Virus record (IMG/VR): IMGVR_UViG_3300040810_000833
Coordinates: 1 to 64,000 of that record
Direction: 5' to 3' (one strand)
Length of the DNA stretch: 64,000 nucleotides
From: a virus
Taxonomy: Duplodnaviria; Heunggongvirae; Uroviricota; Caudoviricetes
Under the pieces are notes generated by a model, which made no database searches, was not told where the DNA came from, and saw nothing but the letters and a program-made list of their open reading frames with translations. Shown here piece after piece: positions 46,215 through 55,432 of this stretch. Made by a program: the position numbers and the translations under genes. Numbering within the stretch: position 1 is the first letter of the stretch; each line of letters begins with the position of its first letter.

Positions 46215-46948
46215 GCACTCTTTTTGTTTTCGATTACAGTGCTTACCATATTACTCAAACCTACCCGCCTAAGGAATTCGATCATTCTGTCGTGACTTGT
46301 ATGAGCATCTTTGACGTCATCCCTAGATATTCCCGCAAAGAATTTGTCCCCTTTTATCGCTTTTGCTATATCTTGGTAAAATTGCCCTGGGTTTTGAAAC
46401 ACCACGGGGTTTCCGCCGGACGCGATGATGTTAAGTAGCCTGTACTTATCTGTAGGCATTGTGACGGCAGCTTTTGCCGATCTAATAATTACATCTTGAC
46501 TCACTGACGCCCCATTAAGTGATCCGCAATATCCGGAAACAAATGCCGGTCTCTTCTCGAAGAATTTAAACACAAATTCAGATTCTGTAAGTATCTTCAA
46601 TCCTTCCCCAAAAACCATTGGGTTACCTATATACACGACATCGCAAAAATAAATCGGAGATAATTCTTGCTGTTTTGACTGTGGCAAATAGGCAAACGGT
46701 TCTATTTTAGCGACATCTAGGTATAAAGACCGAGCATTGCTTTTGCTTGGTAGCTGTGTCTTTTTGTTAAAAATAACAACATCTGGTTTAGTTGCTTTAA
46801 GGATGCTTCTTGTTGCTTTTGTGTCACTTGATCTTTCTTGATTCGAGAATAACACTTGATGCTGTCCATTCGCCTCTAAGCACGAGGCTAGTCGGTTAAA
46901 TAAACTATACATAGGTTGGTCTTTAAATCCATGCACAAGCAATTTCAT
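46199..46948 (-). CDS. hypothetical protein, possibly a glycosyltransferase-like (GT-B C-terminal-like) domain
   Basis: Weak RLLNIIASGGNPVVF motif; uncertain. Confidence 0.3.
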   Translation of the reverse strand: MKLLVHGFKDQPMYSLFNRLASCLEANGQHQVLFSNQERSSDTKATRSILKATKPDVVIFNKKTQLPSKSNARSLYLDVAKIEPFAYLPQSKQQELSPIYFCDVVYIGNPMVFGEGLKILTESEFVFKFFEKRPAFVSGYCGSLNGASVSQDVIIRSAKAAVTMPTDKYRLLNIIASGGNPVVFQNPGQFYQDIAKAIKGDKFFAGISRDDVKDAHTSHDRMIEFLRRVGLSNMVSTVIENKKSAWGTK

Positions 46949-47673
46949 TCCAGTCCTCCTATCGGTTTTATGTTTATGCTATCCCTATTGTCAATGTAAA
47001 AATCAAAGACTTCAGACGCTTTGTTTAGTAGTTCGTAAATACTTAAAAATCCATACTCTGGCGAGTTGCATAACAGCTTAAAAACGTCATAGTTCTCTGA
47101 CGATATGTATGCAATCTCCGACCAAACATCCTCTAGCCCGTAAGATATATTTACTACCGATCCGTTGTTGTGGCAAATTCCAAGATTTTGATGGGAACGC
47201 ATCCTGCAGTGACTGTAAAGAAAAGACTTGGTAGTTTTTATCGGGGATAGCGTGCTTTCGTTAAAAGTTCTATCACCGTGGATGATGTATGTTGGGCCTT
47301 TTGTAGAAGCATTAATTCCAAGCCTCAGGCTTTCTAGCGAGCTGGTAGTTTCGTGACATTGGTTTTCGACAAGCCTAATGTCCCTATGTCTAGATATCGC
47401 ATAAGCAATTGTATCGCTAGAGTCAAACCCAACGACAAGTATAATTTCGGAGCGTGGATATTTTTTTCTTATTGTCTCTATCTGTCTATCGATTACGCAT
47501 TGATTTGGTCCATCGGTGCATAATGCTGGCGAGCACTGTCTTCCATTCTGTGTCACATAACCGGCAGAAAGTATAACAAAACTCAATTCTCTTTCTGTTT
47601 CATTTCTTCTAGTACCGCAAATATGCATTGATTTTCGCACACTAAAAAACCCTAGAAAGAACCTTCGGGACAT
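46945..47673 (-). CDS. putative sugar-phosphate nucleotidyltransferase-like protein
   Basis: FVILSAGY..NGRQ (L-x-x-G-x-G-x-R-like) and YIIHGD motifs; low certainty; true start may be internal. Confidence 0.35.
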   Translation of the reverse strand: MSRRFFLGFFSVRKSMHICGTRRNETERELSFVILSAGYVTQNGRQCSPALCTDGPNQCVIDRQIETIRKKYPRSEIILVVGFDSSDTIAYAISRHRDIRLVENQCHETTSSLESLRLGINASTKGPTYIIHGDRTFNESTLSPIKTTKSFLYSHCRMRSHQNLGICHNNGSVVNISYGLEDVWSEIAYISSENYDVFKLLCNSPEYGFLSIYELLNKASEVFDFYIDNRDSINIKPIGGLE

Positions 47674-48220
47674 GTATTGTTCTGACGCATGACGAAAAAA
47701 TCACACCAAGATCTTCTTCGGAAACCTCTTCTTTTGATAAAACTTCTGACGTTATGAGTCTTTTTGACATAAATAATGCAGGTGTGCTCATGTTCACTAC
47801 TGGCGGGGACCTTCTATACATCCTAATGCCACCCTGTGTATGGTCTCCGTACACAATGTCGTTTTCTAGGTTAGAAAACCAGTCCTCTATCGCCGACAAT
47901 TCCACCAGATGATTAGCTCTTAGAATACAGAATCCAGAGGTCTTATAATGGTTATCATCACCATTAAAAACGCTTTGAAGTACAGACTTAACGGCAGAGT
48001 CTTTGGTGGTTTCCACGCACCCGACTCCGTTCGGGATTTCAAGTTTTTCGCCGCTCGCATTGAATACATTTATGACCACGCTAACGTCGGCAGCAGCAGG
48101 GCGAATGAGTCCCAGTATTTTACCCCAGTCCTCCGCCGATTCAATGATGTAGTCAAGAGCTATAGGATTCATTAATCTGCTCCCATTTCCTAATGAACTC
48201 GTCGCCACCCCCCTGAACAC
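47642..48220 (-). CDS. hypothetical protein (192 aa)
   Basis: ORF. Confidence 0.4.
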   Translation of the reverse strand: MFRGVATSSLGNGSRLMNPIALDYIIESAEDWGKILGLIRPAAADVSVVINVFNASGEKLEIPNGVGCVETTKDSAVKSVLQSVFNGDDNHYKTSGFCILRANHLVELSAIEDWFSNLENDIVYGDHTQGGIRMYRRSPPVVNMSTPALFMSKRLITSEVLSKEEVSEEDLGVIFSSCVRTIHVPKVLSRVF

Positions 48221-48899
48221 TCCTTAGTTTTTCAGCGATCGACATTCCGATGTCTCCACGAAAGGCCTTATATGCTATCGCTGACGTAACTGCCATATGA
48301 TAGCTGTCATCAATCGGTTCTACATGAAGGATACGTTCAAGATTTAAATTCACCGCACAATTGACCTTATCGATCATTAATGGATCTATCTCCATCGAAG
48401 ATCTAACGACGAACATATAGCCGTTTTTACAACGCTTAAATGCCTCTTTGATTATCTGCTCTGGTTCAAAAACAAAGCATTTAACGCAAGAATACTCAGC
48501 AAACGAAAGTTCTTTTTTACAGATTTCTTGTATTCTAGAAGGCTTTATCTGTGAATGTGCAACAACGATCTTGAATCTTGAGATATTTTTTGTGACAGAA
48601 AGAGCCTTGGCGGTATTGACTAGACTGTCTTCGTCTTCTGCGACGATAATGATGCATCCGCGAATATAAACTTCTTTTTTTAATTCGCTAAGCGTCAAGT
48701 CTAAATCATCAGGGTAAGAACCTTTATTTCTTCTGTACTGACAGACTCTATGTATTACCGGACCTTCTCCATCTATTGATGGCGTAACCTTGGCACCGGC
48801 CTGTATAAACCTTTCCAGTATGCCAATGCTGCAGTCACTCGTTTTTGAGTCATAAAAATCACAGTTTCTGCAAACTGTGGCTAGTTTTAATTCAGCCAT
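48153..48899 (-). CDS. putative GT-A-like glycosyltransferase with an N-terminal zinc ribbon
   Basis: CRNCDFYDSKTSDC...C; GCIIIVAEDEDS resembles a GT2 N-terminal beta-strand plus acidic motif; uncertain. Confidence 0.3.
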   Translation of the reverse strand: MAELKLATVCRNCDFYDSKTSDCSIGILERFIQAGAKVTPSIDGEGPVIHRVCQYRRNKGSYPDDLDLTLSELKKEVYIRGCIIIVAEDEDSLVNTAKALSVTKNISRFKIVVAHSQIKPSRIQEICKKELSFAEYSCVKCFVFEPEQIIKEAFKRCKNGYMFVVRSSMEIDPLMIDKVNCAVNLNLERILHVEPIDDSYHMAVTSAIAYKAFRGDIGMSIAEKLRSVQGGGDEFIRKWEQINESYSS

Positions 48900-50542
48900 T
48901 TCTCCTCGCAGTCTATAAGTTTTGATCTATCGTTTCTTACTGATTCCCAGATGTTGTAATTATCAAGCCTTCTTCTAAAGAAGTTAAGTAGCTTTTCTCT
49001 TGTTAGCGGAGTTTTTACTGAGTCCGAAATTGGTGAGTTTTCTGTCGAAAAGAATCCGTCAAAAGACCCTCCAGTAACCCCTCTATTGAGATCCCTATGA
49101 AGGGACGCGACAAACTGAGAATTTTTATGCGACTCATTATATAGATAATTGTCAGACACGAACTGCATAAACGCAGCATTTGATAATTCATTCACAGGAT
49201 TGTTTGGCGTCTGAATGATCCGAGTCGGCTGCTTCCAATCGGCATACTCAGAACGATCTATTATATCAGACCAAACCCCCGCTGATTTTTCCCAGCTGTA
49301 GTTTTCTTCAAATTGACGCCTAGTTGATCTCGCTAGTTCTATCTGCTGATCTTTTGTCTTTTTTAAGAAGAACAACCTAAATGTATTCAGAATCGATTCT
49401 TTTTCTGGAGTCGCTCTATAACACCCCGTCTCTAATTCTTTGTATAGGGATTGTACCTTTAGGGGATATGCACCAGCCCTGTAAATAAGGTCATCCATCG
49501 CTGAATATTCAACAGATGCTAATGGAATTCCACAAGCCGCTGCTTCAACCTGCGGCAGGCCAAACCCTTCAGAGTTAGCACATTGAATATAGAAGTCGAA
49601 CAAGTTATAGATCTTTGCCAGCGTCTCATCGCTAACTCCAGACCCGACACTGGATGGTCTTGAGTCAAACTTTTTACATTTCCCGCACCGCCTTGCGGCA
49701 TCTCTAAAGTAGCAAACCTCTAAGTTTTTGCACGAACTGCAAACATAAGAAAACAAAACGCGAGACGAGATATTGTATTCGTTTAGTAGACTAGCTATAT
49801 TCCAGCCGTTATCAGGATAGCTTGTATGGCAGTATAAATAAGTGTTGGTCAACCCTGATGAATGAATGTATTCGGAAAAAGCTTCAAACAGTAAAGGATA
49901 GAGTTTCCGTCTTTGGTTACGCATGACGGTGCCAATTATTTTAACATTATTGTCAACGCCGAATTCTTCACGTATAGACGCCTTGTCCATAGGCCTGAAA
50001 CAATCAGATGCTGACGGAGAGGCCACTCCACATAGGTTCAGAGAGCTTCCAGCTTGTTTTTTTAGGACGTTGCTCGCCCATTCTGAATAGGTTAGTAGGT
50101 AATCAACATCACTAAATACACTCAGCCACTCATTATTTTGGGGGGCTGCGTCGACAGTAGGCATCCATGCCCACTGAAAGATTCGCCTAAACGGAGAGTG
50201 GTATATGAATGAATCCATCCAGTAATCACGGATCGAAAGAACAATATCTGGTTCAAAGTCTAGGCACACCCTCTCAAAACGCCAAGACCCGAACTGGTTA
50301 ACCTTTGACGAGTCGTATACACTGCAATGCTCTTTGTTGGACCCCTCTGGCATATTTGGGTAGTTACGCCATTTTATTGAACTTCTTCTGTCGTCATCAA
50401 CGCCGCCATAGCCAGAAAGCTCTGCCAGGTCGTATTTGCCAGAGTCGTGCAACCTATTCATGATTTCTCTTGTATAGGTCGCATAACCCGTACTAAGATA
50501 ACTAGCCTCTGTAACAAAGAGTACTCGTTTTTTTCTAGGCAT
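48887..50542 (-). CDS. glycosyltransferase family 1/4 (GT-B) with an inserted Cys-rich segment
   Basis: EGFGLPQVEAAACGIPLASV (E-x7-E motif), KRVLFVTEASYLSTGYATYT N-terminus; CSSCKNLEVC...CGKCKKF insertion. Confidence 0.75.
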   Translation of the reverse strand: MPRKKRVLFVTEASYLSTGYATYTREIMNRLHDSGKYDLAELSGYGGVDDDRRSSIKWRNYPNMPEGSNKEHCSVYDSSKVNQFGSWRFERVCLDFEPDIVLSIRDYWMDSFIYHSPFRRIFQWAWMPTVDAAPQNNEWLSVFSDVDYLLTYSEWASNVLKKQAGSSLNLCGVASPSASDCFRPMDKASIREEFGVDNNVKIIGTVMRNQRRKLYPLLFEAFSEYIHSSGLTNTYLYCHTSYPDNGWNIASLLNEYNISSRVLFSYVCSSCKNLEVCYFRDAARRCGKCKKFDSRPSSVGSGVSDETLAKIYNLFDFYIQCANSEGFGLPQVEAAACGIPLASVEYSAMDDLIYRAGAYPLKVQSLYKELETGCYRATPEKESILNTFRLFFLKKTKDQQIELARSTRRQFEENYSWEKSAGVWSDIIDRSEYADWKQPTRIIQTPNNPVNELSNAAFMQFVSDNYLYNESHKNSQFVASLHRDLNRGVTGGSFDGFFSTENSPISDSVKTPLTREKLLNFFRRRLDNYNIWESVRNDRSKLIDCEEKWLN

Positions 50543-51005
50543 GTTGCTTGATTCTTATCTTTGCTCTCTTGATTAATTGCGAAACTCTTGTATTGCTTAT
50601 CCCAAGGTTTGAAGCTACTTCTCTATGCGTGAGCCCGTTGTATTTCATAGTCACCACACGCCTTAGATCCGGTTCGGCGTCAGGGCCAACAAAATCTTCA
50701 AGATCGAGATGCTCTTCCGAATAACCACAATTAAAGGCGGATTCGATTGATAAAATTTTCTTGGAAGATTTGCCTGCTCTTGCAATTTCTTTGAGCATCG
50801 CGTTTCTAGATACATGGTAAACAAATGTTGTTTCTGCCCCCCTCGATCTGTCATATTTTTCCACGTTTTCAATTAAAGCCAAAAAGCCAGACTGGGCCAA
50901 GTCGTCGGGATGGTTCGAGTCATCACTTAGCTTGTGTGCAATACTCCATACTAGGTCACTATGTCTTTCAATTAACTCATGTGATTTCATTAAAAATCTC
51001 CTCAA
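50535..51005 (-). CDS. ECF-type sigma-70 family sigma factor
   Basis: Region 2 (DLAQSGFLALIENVEKYD) and region 4 HTH (REVASNLGISNTRVSQLIKRAKIRIK). Confidence 0.75.
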   Translation of the reverse strand: MRRFLMKSHELIERHSDLVWSIAHKLSDDSNHPDDLAQSGFLALIENVEKYDRSRGAETTFVYHVSRNAMLKEIARAGKSSKKILSIESAFNCGYSEEHLDLEDFVGPDAEPDLRRVVTMKYNGLTHREVASNLGISNTRVSQLIKRAKIRIKQHA

Positions 51006-51322
51006 ATAATTTCAAAATCATTTATCCTGAAGGTAACTATTCCTTCTTCAACTTTTGCCGTAGCATCTTTTATCAATATCCTGTCTCCCGGAATCAAATT
51101 TTCCTCGATAAAATCTGCTGCTGAACCCCAAATCGTGCAATCTATAATAGACTCGTCGGTTCTTCTTGCTTGATTTGCCCGTTTATTGAAAACCCTTACC
51201 GAAAACAATAGCCCGTCACACTGCTCTCCCTGTGCAAGCTCTTCATCTGATAGCGGTGTTCCATCTCCATGGATGGCTGTTTGACTCCCAACATGTTCAC
51301 CAAAAAATGTACATCTGTTCAT
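51002..51322 (-). CDS. OB-fold nucleic-acid-binding protein (SSB-like or detached polymerase OB domain)
   Basis: IDCTIWGSAADFIEENLIPGDRILIKDA layout resembles an SSB OB core; own RBS (TAGGAGGctgatATG). Confidence 0.35.
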   Translation of the reverse strand: MNRCTFFGEHVGSQTAIHGDGTPLSDEELAQGEQCDGLLFSVRVFNKRANQARRTDESIIDCTIWGSAADFIEENLIPGDRILIKDATAKVEEGIVTFRINDFEII

Positions 51323-51331
51323 ATCAGCCTC

Positions 51332-52894
51332 CTAAATTTCAAAAATGCGATCAACTATGAATGAATTTCTTTCGGCGTCCTTTATCTCGCCAGAGAGTAG
51401 CACGGTAGACCTCTCGTATATTATAGCCTTGTTCTGCTCGTACAAGTCTGGAAATATTACAATATTCTCCAGTTCTCCAGAATTGTCTTCCGCAGAAGCA
51501 AAAGCCATCAAATCCCCATTGCTTGTTCTGTGCTCTCGGAGTCTTGTAATCATTGCGGCGACGATGCAATTTCCACGTCTACCTTCGTTCACCTGTAGAC
51601 ATGTAGCGTTTGCGTGAGACGCATTTGAGCACGCCGTTAACTCCGAGTAGTTTATTGCATGACCTAAAAGACGTTCTTCTTCTCGGGCGTAAGTAACTGG
51701 ACTATCGCTCAGGTCTCTTCCGGGATTCTGGAGTCTCAACAGAATCTCTTGAACCTTATTCATTCTGCTGATACGTGAGATAAATCCACCCTCTTTCTTT
51801 AGACCTTTCCCTAAGAAACGCTCAACAAGTTCAGTTACAGACATGTCAAGGACGTTGAAGTATTCGCGAATGGAATTAATTTCTCCGTTAGTTAAGCCTT
51901 CGCTTATGCACTCAAAATCATGAAGCATTCGTGTCCTACTCTGACCAAAACCAGAAAATGCACCAGAGGAGATAAGACTTTTGACAGCCCGTTTATTTAC
52001 ATCTGTAAGGACGTGCATTAAAAGGAGGGTCCAATTGAATCTTTCTACCGGAATTCCAATGTCTTTAATTTTTTTTCTCAATTTGGCAACGTCTGAAGAC
52101 CCAACGTTTTTTATATTGCATAAACCAAAGGATATTATATGCTCGCCATCCTCGATCGACATCGTGAAATCTTCTTCGAGAAGTCTAATACTTGGACCTC
52201 TAAACAAAATCCCCTCCGACATAGCCGCGAGGATAAGCTGTCTTTTCTCAAGGTCTGGGTTGATTTTTTCCTTTGCGTCACGTAGCCACTCCCTAGTAAA
52301 TTTAAGAAACCTATAGTATCTTAGATATGCTGACCAGTAAGAAATTTTTGCATAAGCCACTGCGTGTGATTTATTGAATGAGTATCTAGCTGATTTCTCA
52401 ATCATGTCAAACACTTTGGTAGAAACATCGTTCGGTATACCATTTGAGGAGGCACCCTCTAGAAATTTAACCCTGATTTGACTCATTAGGTCAGCTTTCT
52501 TTTTACCGATCGCCTTTCTGAGATCATCCGCCTCCTTTAGGTTAAAACCAGCCATTTTCACGGCGATTTCCATCGCTTGCTCCTGATACACAATGACCCC
52601 ATATGTATTATCTACAACAGAGTCAATTGACGGGTGCAGTGATGGAACTTCATCCTTACCGTTCTTTCTGTCGGCGTAATGCTGCGTCATGGACTTTCCG
52701 TCCTGCTTCGCCTTTAATGTTCCAGGCCTTATGACACTAATTACATCCGCTAGTTCAAGTATTGATGTCGGCTTGATTGCTTTGCACCAGTGCTTACCAA
52801 GGCTCCCCTCAATTTGAAAACAGCCTTTTACGCGACCCTCGCCAAACATTCTCCATACATCTTGATTAGATTCATCTGCTTCGGTAATATTCAT
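51332..52894 (-). CDS. dnaE: DNA polymerase III alpha subunit (DnaE), C-terminal fragment (fingers / beta-binding region)
   Basis: KGCFQIEGSLGK...VISVIRPGTLKAK...TYGVIVYQEQAMEIA...LRKAIGKKK aligns with E. coli DnaE AVFQLESRGMKDL...ALFRPGP...YGIILYQEQVMQIA...LRRAMGKKK. Confidence 0.85.
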   Translation of the reverse strand: MNITEADESNQDVWRMFGEGRVKGCFQIEGSLGKHWCKAIKPTSILELADVISVIRPGTLKAKQDGKSMTQHYADRKNGKDEVPSLHPSIDSVVDNTYGVIVYQEQAMEIAVKMAGFNLKEADDLRKAIGKKKADLMSQIRVKFLEGASSNGIPNDVSTKVFDMIEKSARYSFNKSHAVAYAKISYWSAYLRYYRFLKFTREWLRDAKEKINPDLEKRQLILAAMSEGILFRGPSIRLLEEDFTMSIEDGEHIISFGLCNIKNVGSSDVAKLRKKIKDIGIPVERFNWTLLLMHVLTDVNKRAVKSLISSGAFSGFGQSRTRMLHDFECISEGLTNGEINSIREYFNVLDMSVTELVERFLGKGLKKEGGFISRISRMNKVQEILLRLQNPGRDLSDSPVTYAREEERLLGHAINYSELTACSNASHANATCLQVNEGRRGNCIVAAMITRLREHRTSNGDLMAFASAEDNSGELENIVIFPDLYEQNKAIIYERSTVLLSGEIKDAERNSFIVDRIFEI

Positions 52895-53562
52895 TTAATC
52901 GCCCTGAGTGAATTCTTAAAGGTAAGCCCGGATGCAAATCTTCTCAGATGGTGTTGCGTTCTACAAAAAACTTCTGCGGTCATTATTACGTCAGACATTG
53001 CGTCATGTGCAACACCCTTCGCATAACCCATATGTCCGCGAATCAGGTTATCGGCAGATAGCGAGTTTACTTCCTTGTTGTTTTCGAACAGGCAAAACAT
53101 AATTGACAAAAGGTCAACGCTATAAAACCTATTGAAGATATTTGGCCTTCCGTCCTTCTCTGGACCAAACTCTCTACACAACCTAGCTGCAATTACGGAG
53201 TCAAACTTATCTATATTGTACCCAACGGAAATTGGAGTATTCCAGTCGTTTTTCTTATAATTGTGTTCATCCACATAGGCCGCAAAGTTTTGCCAAACAG
53301 ACTTTGGTGACGGTGCATCCCTGAGCATCTCCTCCGTCTTTCCATGTATATTTATCGACTCTTGTGTGAGTGGATCAACACCCATTTCTGAACATTTCGC
53401 ATGATCAAACTCTGGTCTGATTAAAGACTGGAACTCAGACGCCTGTTTAATTTCAAGTTTTCGCCCATTTATCGCAACTGCTGCAATTTGCACCGCTTGG
53501 GTTGTGCTTGGGTTCGCTGATGTAGTTTCAAAGTCGTAAACAATATAATCTCTGTAATTCAC
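52891..53562 (-). CDS. DnaQ-like 3'-5' exonuclease (DEDDh, epsilon-like)
   Basis: Exo I YDFETT; Exo III H-x-A-x-x-D (GVAHDAMSDV); 223 aa. Confidence 0.8.
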   Translation of the reverse strand: MNYRDYIVYDFETTSANPSTTQAVQIAAVAINGRKLEIKQASEFQSLIRPEFDHAKCSEMGVDPLTQESINIHGKTEEMLRDAPSPKSVWQNFAAYVDEHNYKKNDWNTPISVGYNIDKFDSVIAARLCREFGPEKDGRPNIFNRFYSVDLLSIMFCLFENNKEVNSLSADNLIRGHMGYAKGVAHDAMSDVIMTAEVFCRTQHHLRRFASGLTFKNSLRAIK

Positions 53563-53572
53563 AAATTACCCC

Positions 53573-55390
53573 TTATTCTTCTGATGTTCTTGCTATCTTT
53601 CCAAGTATTGATAACCCGAGGATATCAAACTTAACACAACCAATAGATTCTAAGTCGTTCATTTCCATACCGGCAATCTTCTCAGAGCCTCTAGACGCCT
53701 TTACCATTGGACATATATCATCTAAATTGTCTGATGCAATTACAACGCCAGCGGCATGCTTTCCCTGTGTCTTAAAGATGCCTTCCATACGCATGGCTTG
53801 ATTGAACTCTCTTGCATATTGCCCCTCTATGACACCCTCGCTATTGATCCAGCAATAGTCGGCCAATGACTCCCTATCATTTTCTAGCGTCCATCTAATA
53901 ACTGAAGGGTCTTCCATTTCCTCCAGAAGGTCTGAAATGGCAGACTCCGACTGAATAGCCTCTGTTATTCTATTCATTTCGTCGAACGTGCATGACTCGT
54001 TTGTTCTCAAAACCTCTTTTAATATTGATCTTCCAGCAAGCCTTCCAAATGTTAGCATTTGGCAGACCCTTGAGTCTCCGTATTTTCCTCTAAGGTACTT
54101 AATTACTTCGTCTCTATATTCTGGAGGAAAGTCGACATCAATATCAGGAAGTGATACATGATCCTCTGTATTTCTACCCTCATTATAAAACCGCTCAAAA
54201 ATCAAACCATATTCGATTGGATCAATTAACGTAATACCCGTCAGGTAACAAACTAACGATCCACCTCCAGAACCCCTGCCGGGTCCAACTAAGCACCCAA
54301 GACGTTTGAAGTGATTCACGTAGTCTTGTACAATCAGAAAGTACCCAGCCAGTTCCGCCTTCTCAATTACGGAAAGTTCGCTAAGTACCCTGTCCCTATA
54401 GATACTAATCTTTTCCTTGGGTATTTTGTTGAGCAGTAACTTTTTCCATCCATCTCTGCAGAGTTGCTTCAGGTATTCGTTCTCCGATTCGCCGTTCGGC
54501 GTTTCAAAGTGCGGAAGGCGTGGGCGTGAGAGTATTTCAATGTCTTCACACAACCCAACAACCTCTTCAAGGTTTGCTCTTGCTGTCTCGTTGTACCACT
54601 CGGTAATCTGAGCCATTGATTTGATATTGTAAGAACTTCTTCTGATAAACTTCAGTAGGTTTATATCTTGGGTCTCGTCTATTTTTTCAGCCAGTTTTCG
54701 TAGAGTTGTCTTCAGTCTTACACACACAAGAACTCTGTGATCAACAGCGTCTGTTCGATCGGGGTAGTAACTTGACGTATCTGGTATGACGCAATCTAAG
54801 CCATGCAACATGTCGCCAAGAACCGAGATCACTGGAAAGCTATCGTCACCAGGGCTTAAATCTATTTCGACGTAATAGTGTGAGAATATAGATCTTGCAT
54901 TAGAAATATAGGCGTCAAGATCCCATTCGCTGCTTATACAGCCGCTAACAGAGTCTGCGTCTAGTGCGTTGAAGACGCACTCCAAGCTGCTAAACATATT
55001 GTGGAAAAGTCGACTTCCGACATACCCATCGATGCACACAAAATTTGATGGTGTTATCGATGACAGCAGATTATCAAACGGTATTTTTGGGCATTTGTCA
55101 TGATTTTCTTCTGAGTTAGCAATTGAAGTGACGTTGAGTAACTCACGCCACGCCTCTTTATTCCTGCATATCAGCGTGATTGAACCACCGTCAGACAATA
55201 CAATTTCTGACCCTATGATTGGCTTGATTCCGTTCTTTTTACAGCATTGAATAAACTTTACGCAGCCGCTGATTGTCGCGAAGTCTGTCAGACCTGCATA
55301 GCAATACCCAAGCTCTTTGGCTTTCCCAACTATCTGTTCGACCCTTGACGTCGACAACGTTAAAGAGTAGTGACTTTTGTTTCTAAGCAT
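53573..55390 (-). CDS. dnaE: DNA polymerase III alpha subunit (DnaE), N-terminal fragment (PHP + palm/thumb)
   Basis: PHP-like N-terminus (LTDFATISGCVKFIQCCKKNGIKPIIGSEI); catalytic PDIDVDF motif; ends at the conserved KFDILGLSILG segment. Confidence 0.85.
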   Translation of the reverse strand: MLRNKSHYSLTLSTSRVEQIVGKAKELGYCYAGLTDFATISGCVKFIQCCKKNGIKPIIGSEIVLSDGGSITLICRNKEAWRELLNVTSIANSEENHDKCPKIPFDNLLSSITPSNFVCIDGYVGSRLFHNMFSSLECVFNALDADSVSGCISSEWDLDAYISNARSIFSHYYVEIDLSPGDDSFPVISVLGDMLHGLDCVIPDTSSYYPDRTDAVDHRVLVCVRLKTTLRKLAEKIDETQDINLLKFIRRSSYNIKSMAQITEWYNETARANLEEVVGLCEDIEILSRPRLPHFETPNGESENEYLKQLCRDGWKKLLLNKIPKEKISIYRDRVLSELSVIEKAELAGYFLIVQDYVNHFKRLGCLVGPGRGSGGGSLVCYLTGITLIDPIEYGLIFERFYNEGRNTEDHVSLPDIDVDFPPEYRDEVIKYLRGKYGDSRVCQMLTFGRLAGRSILKEVLRTNESCTFDEMNRITEAIQSESAISDLLEEMEDPSVIRWTLENDRESLADYCWINSEGVIEGQYAREFNQAMRMEGIFKTQGKHAAGVVIASDNLDDICPMVKASRGSEKIAGMEMNDLESIGCVKFDILGLSILGKIARTSEE

Positions 55391-55432
55391 AGTTTTCTCG
55401 AATTCTTGTTGGTTTGTACTTTATTGTGTGAT

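Noticed and set aside
51320-51340. Stop-codon readthrough or recoding fusing DnaE-C to the OB-fold ORF
   Set aside because: A perfect GGAGG Shine-Dalgarno sits between the TAG and the ATG at the correct spacing. Ordinary re-initiation explains it, and no recoding signal is evident.
52891-53573. Intein or programmed frameshift joining the DnaE fragments
   Set aside because: No intein-like N-terminal Cys/Ser or C-terminal HN motifs are present. The intervening ORF is a complete DnaQ-like exonuclease in a different frame with its own start. The three ORFs are translationally coupled but separate.
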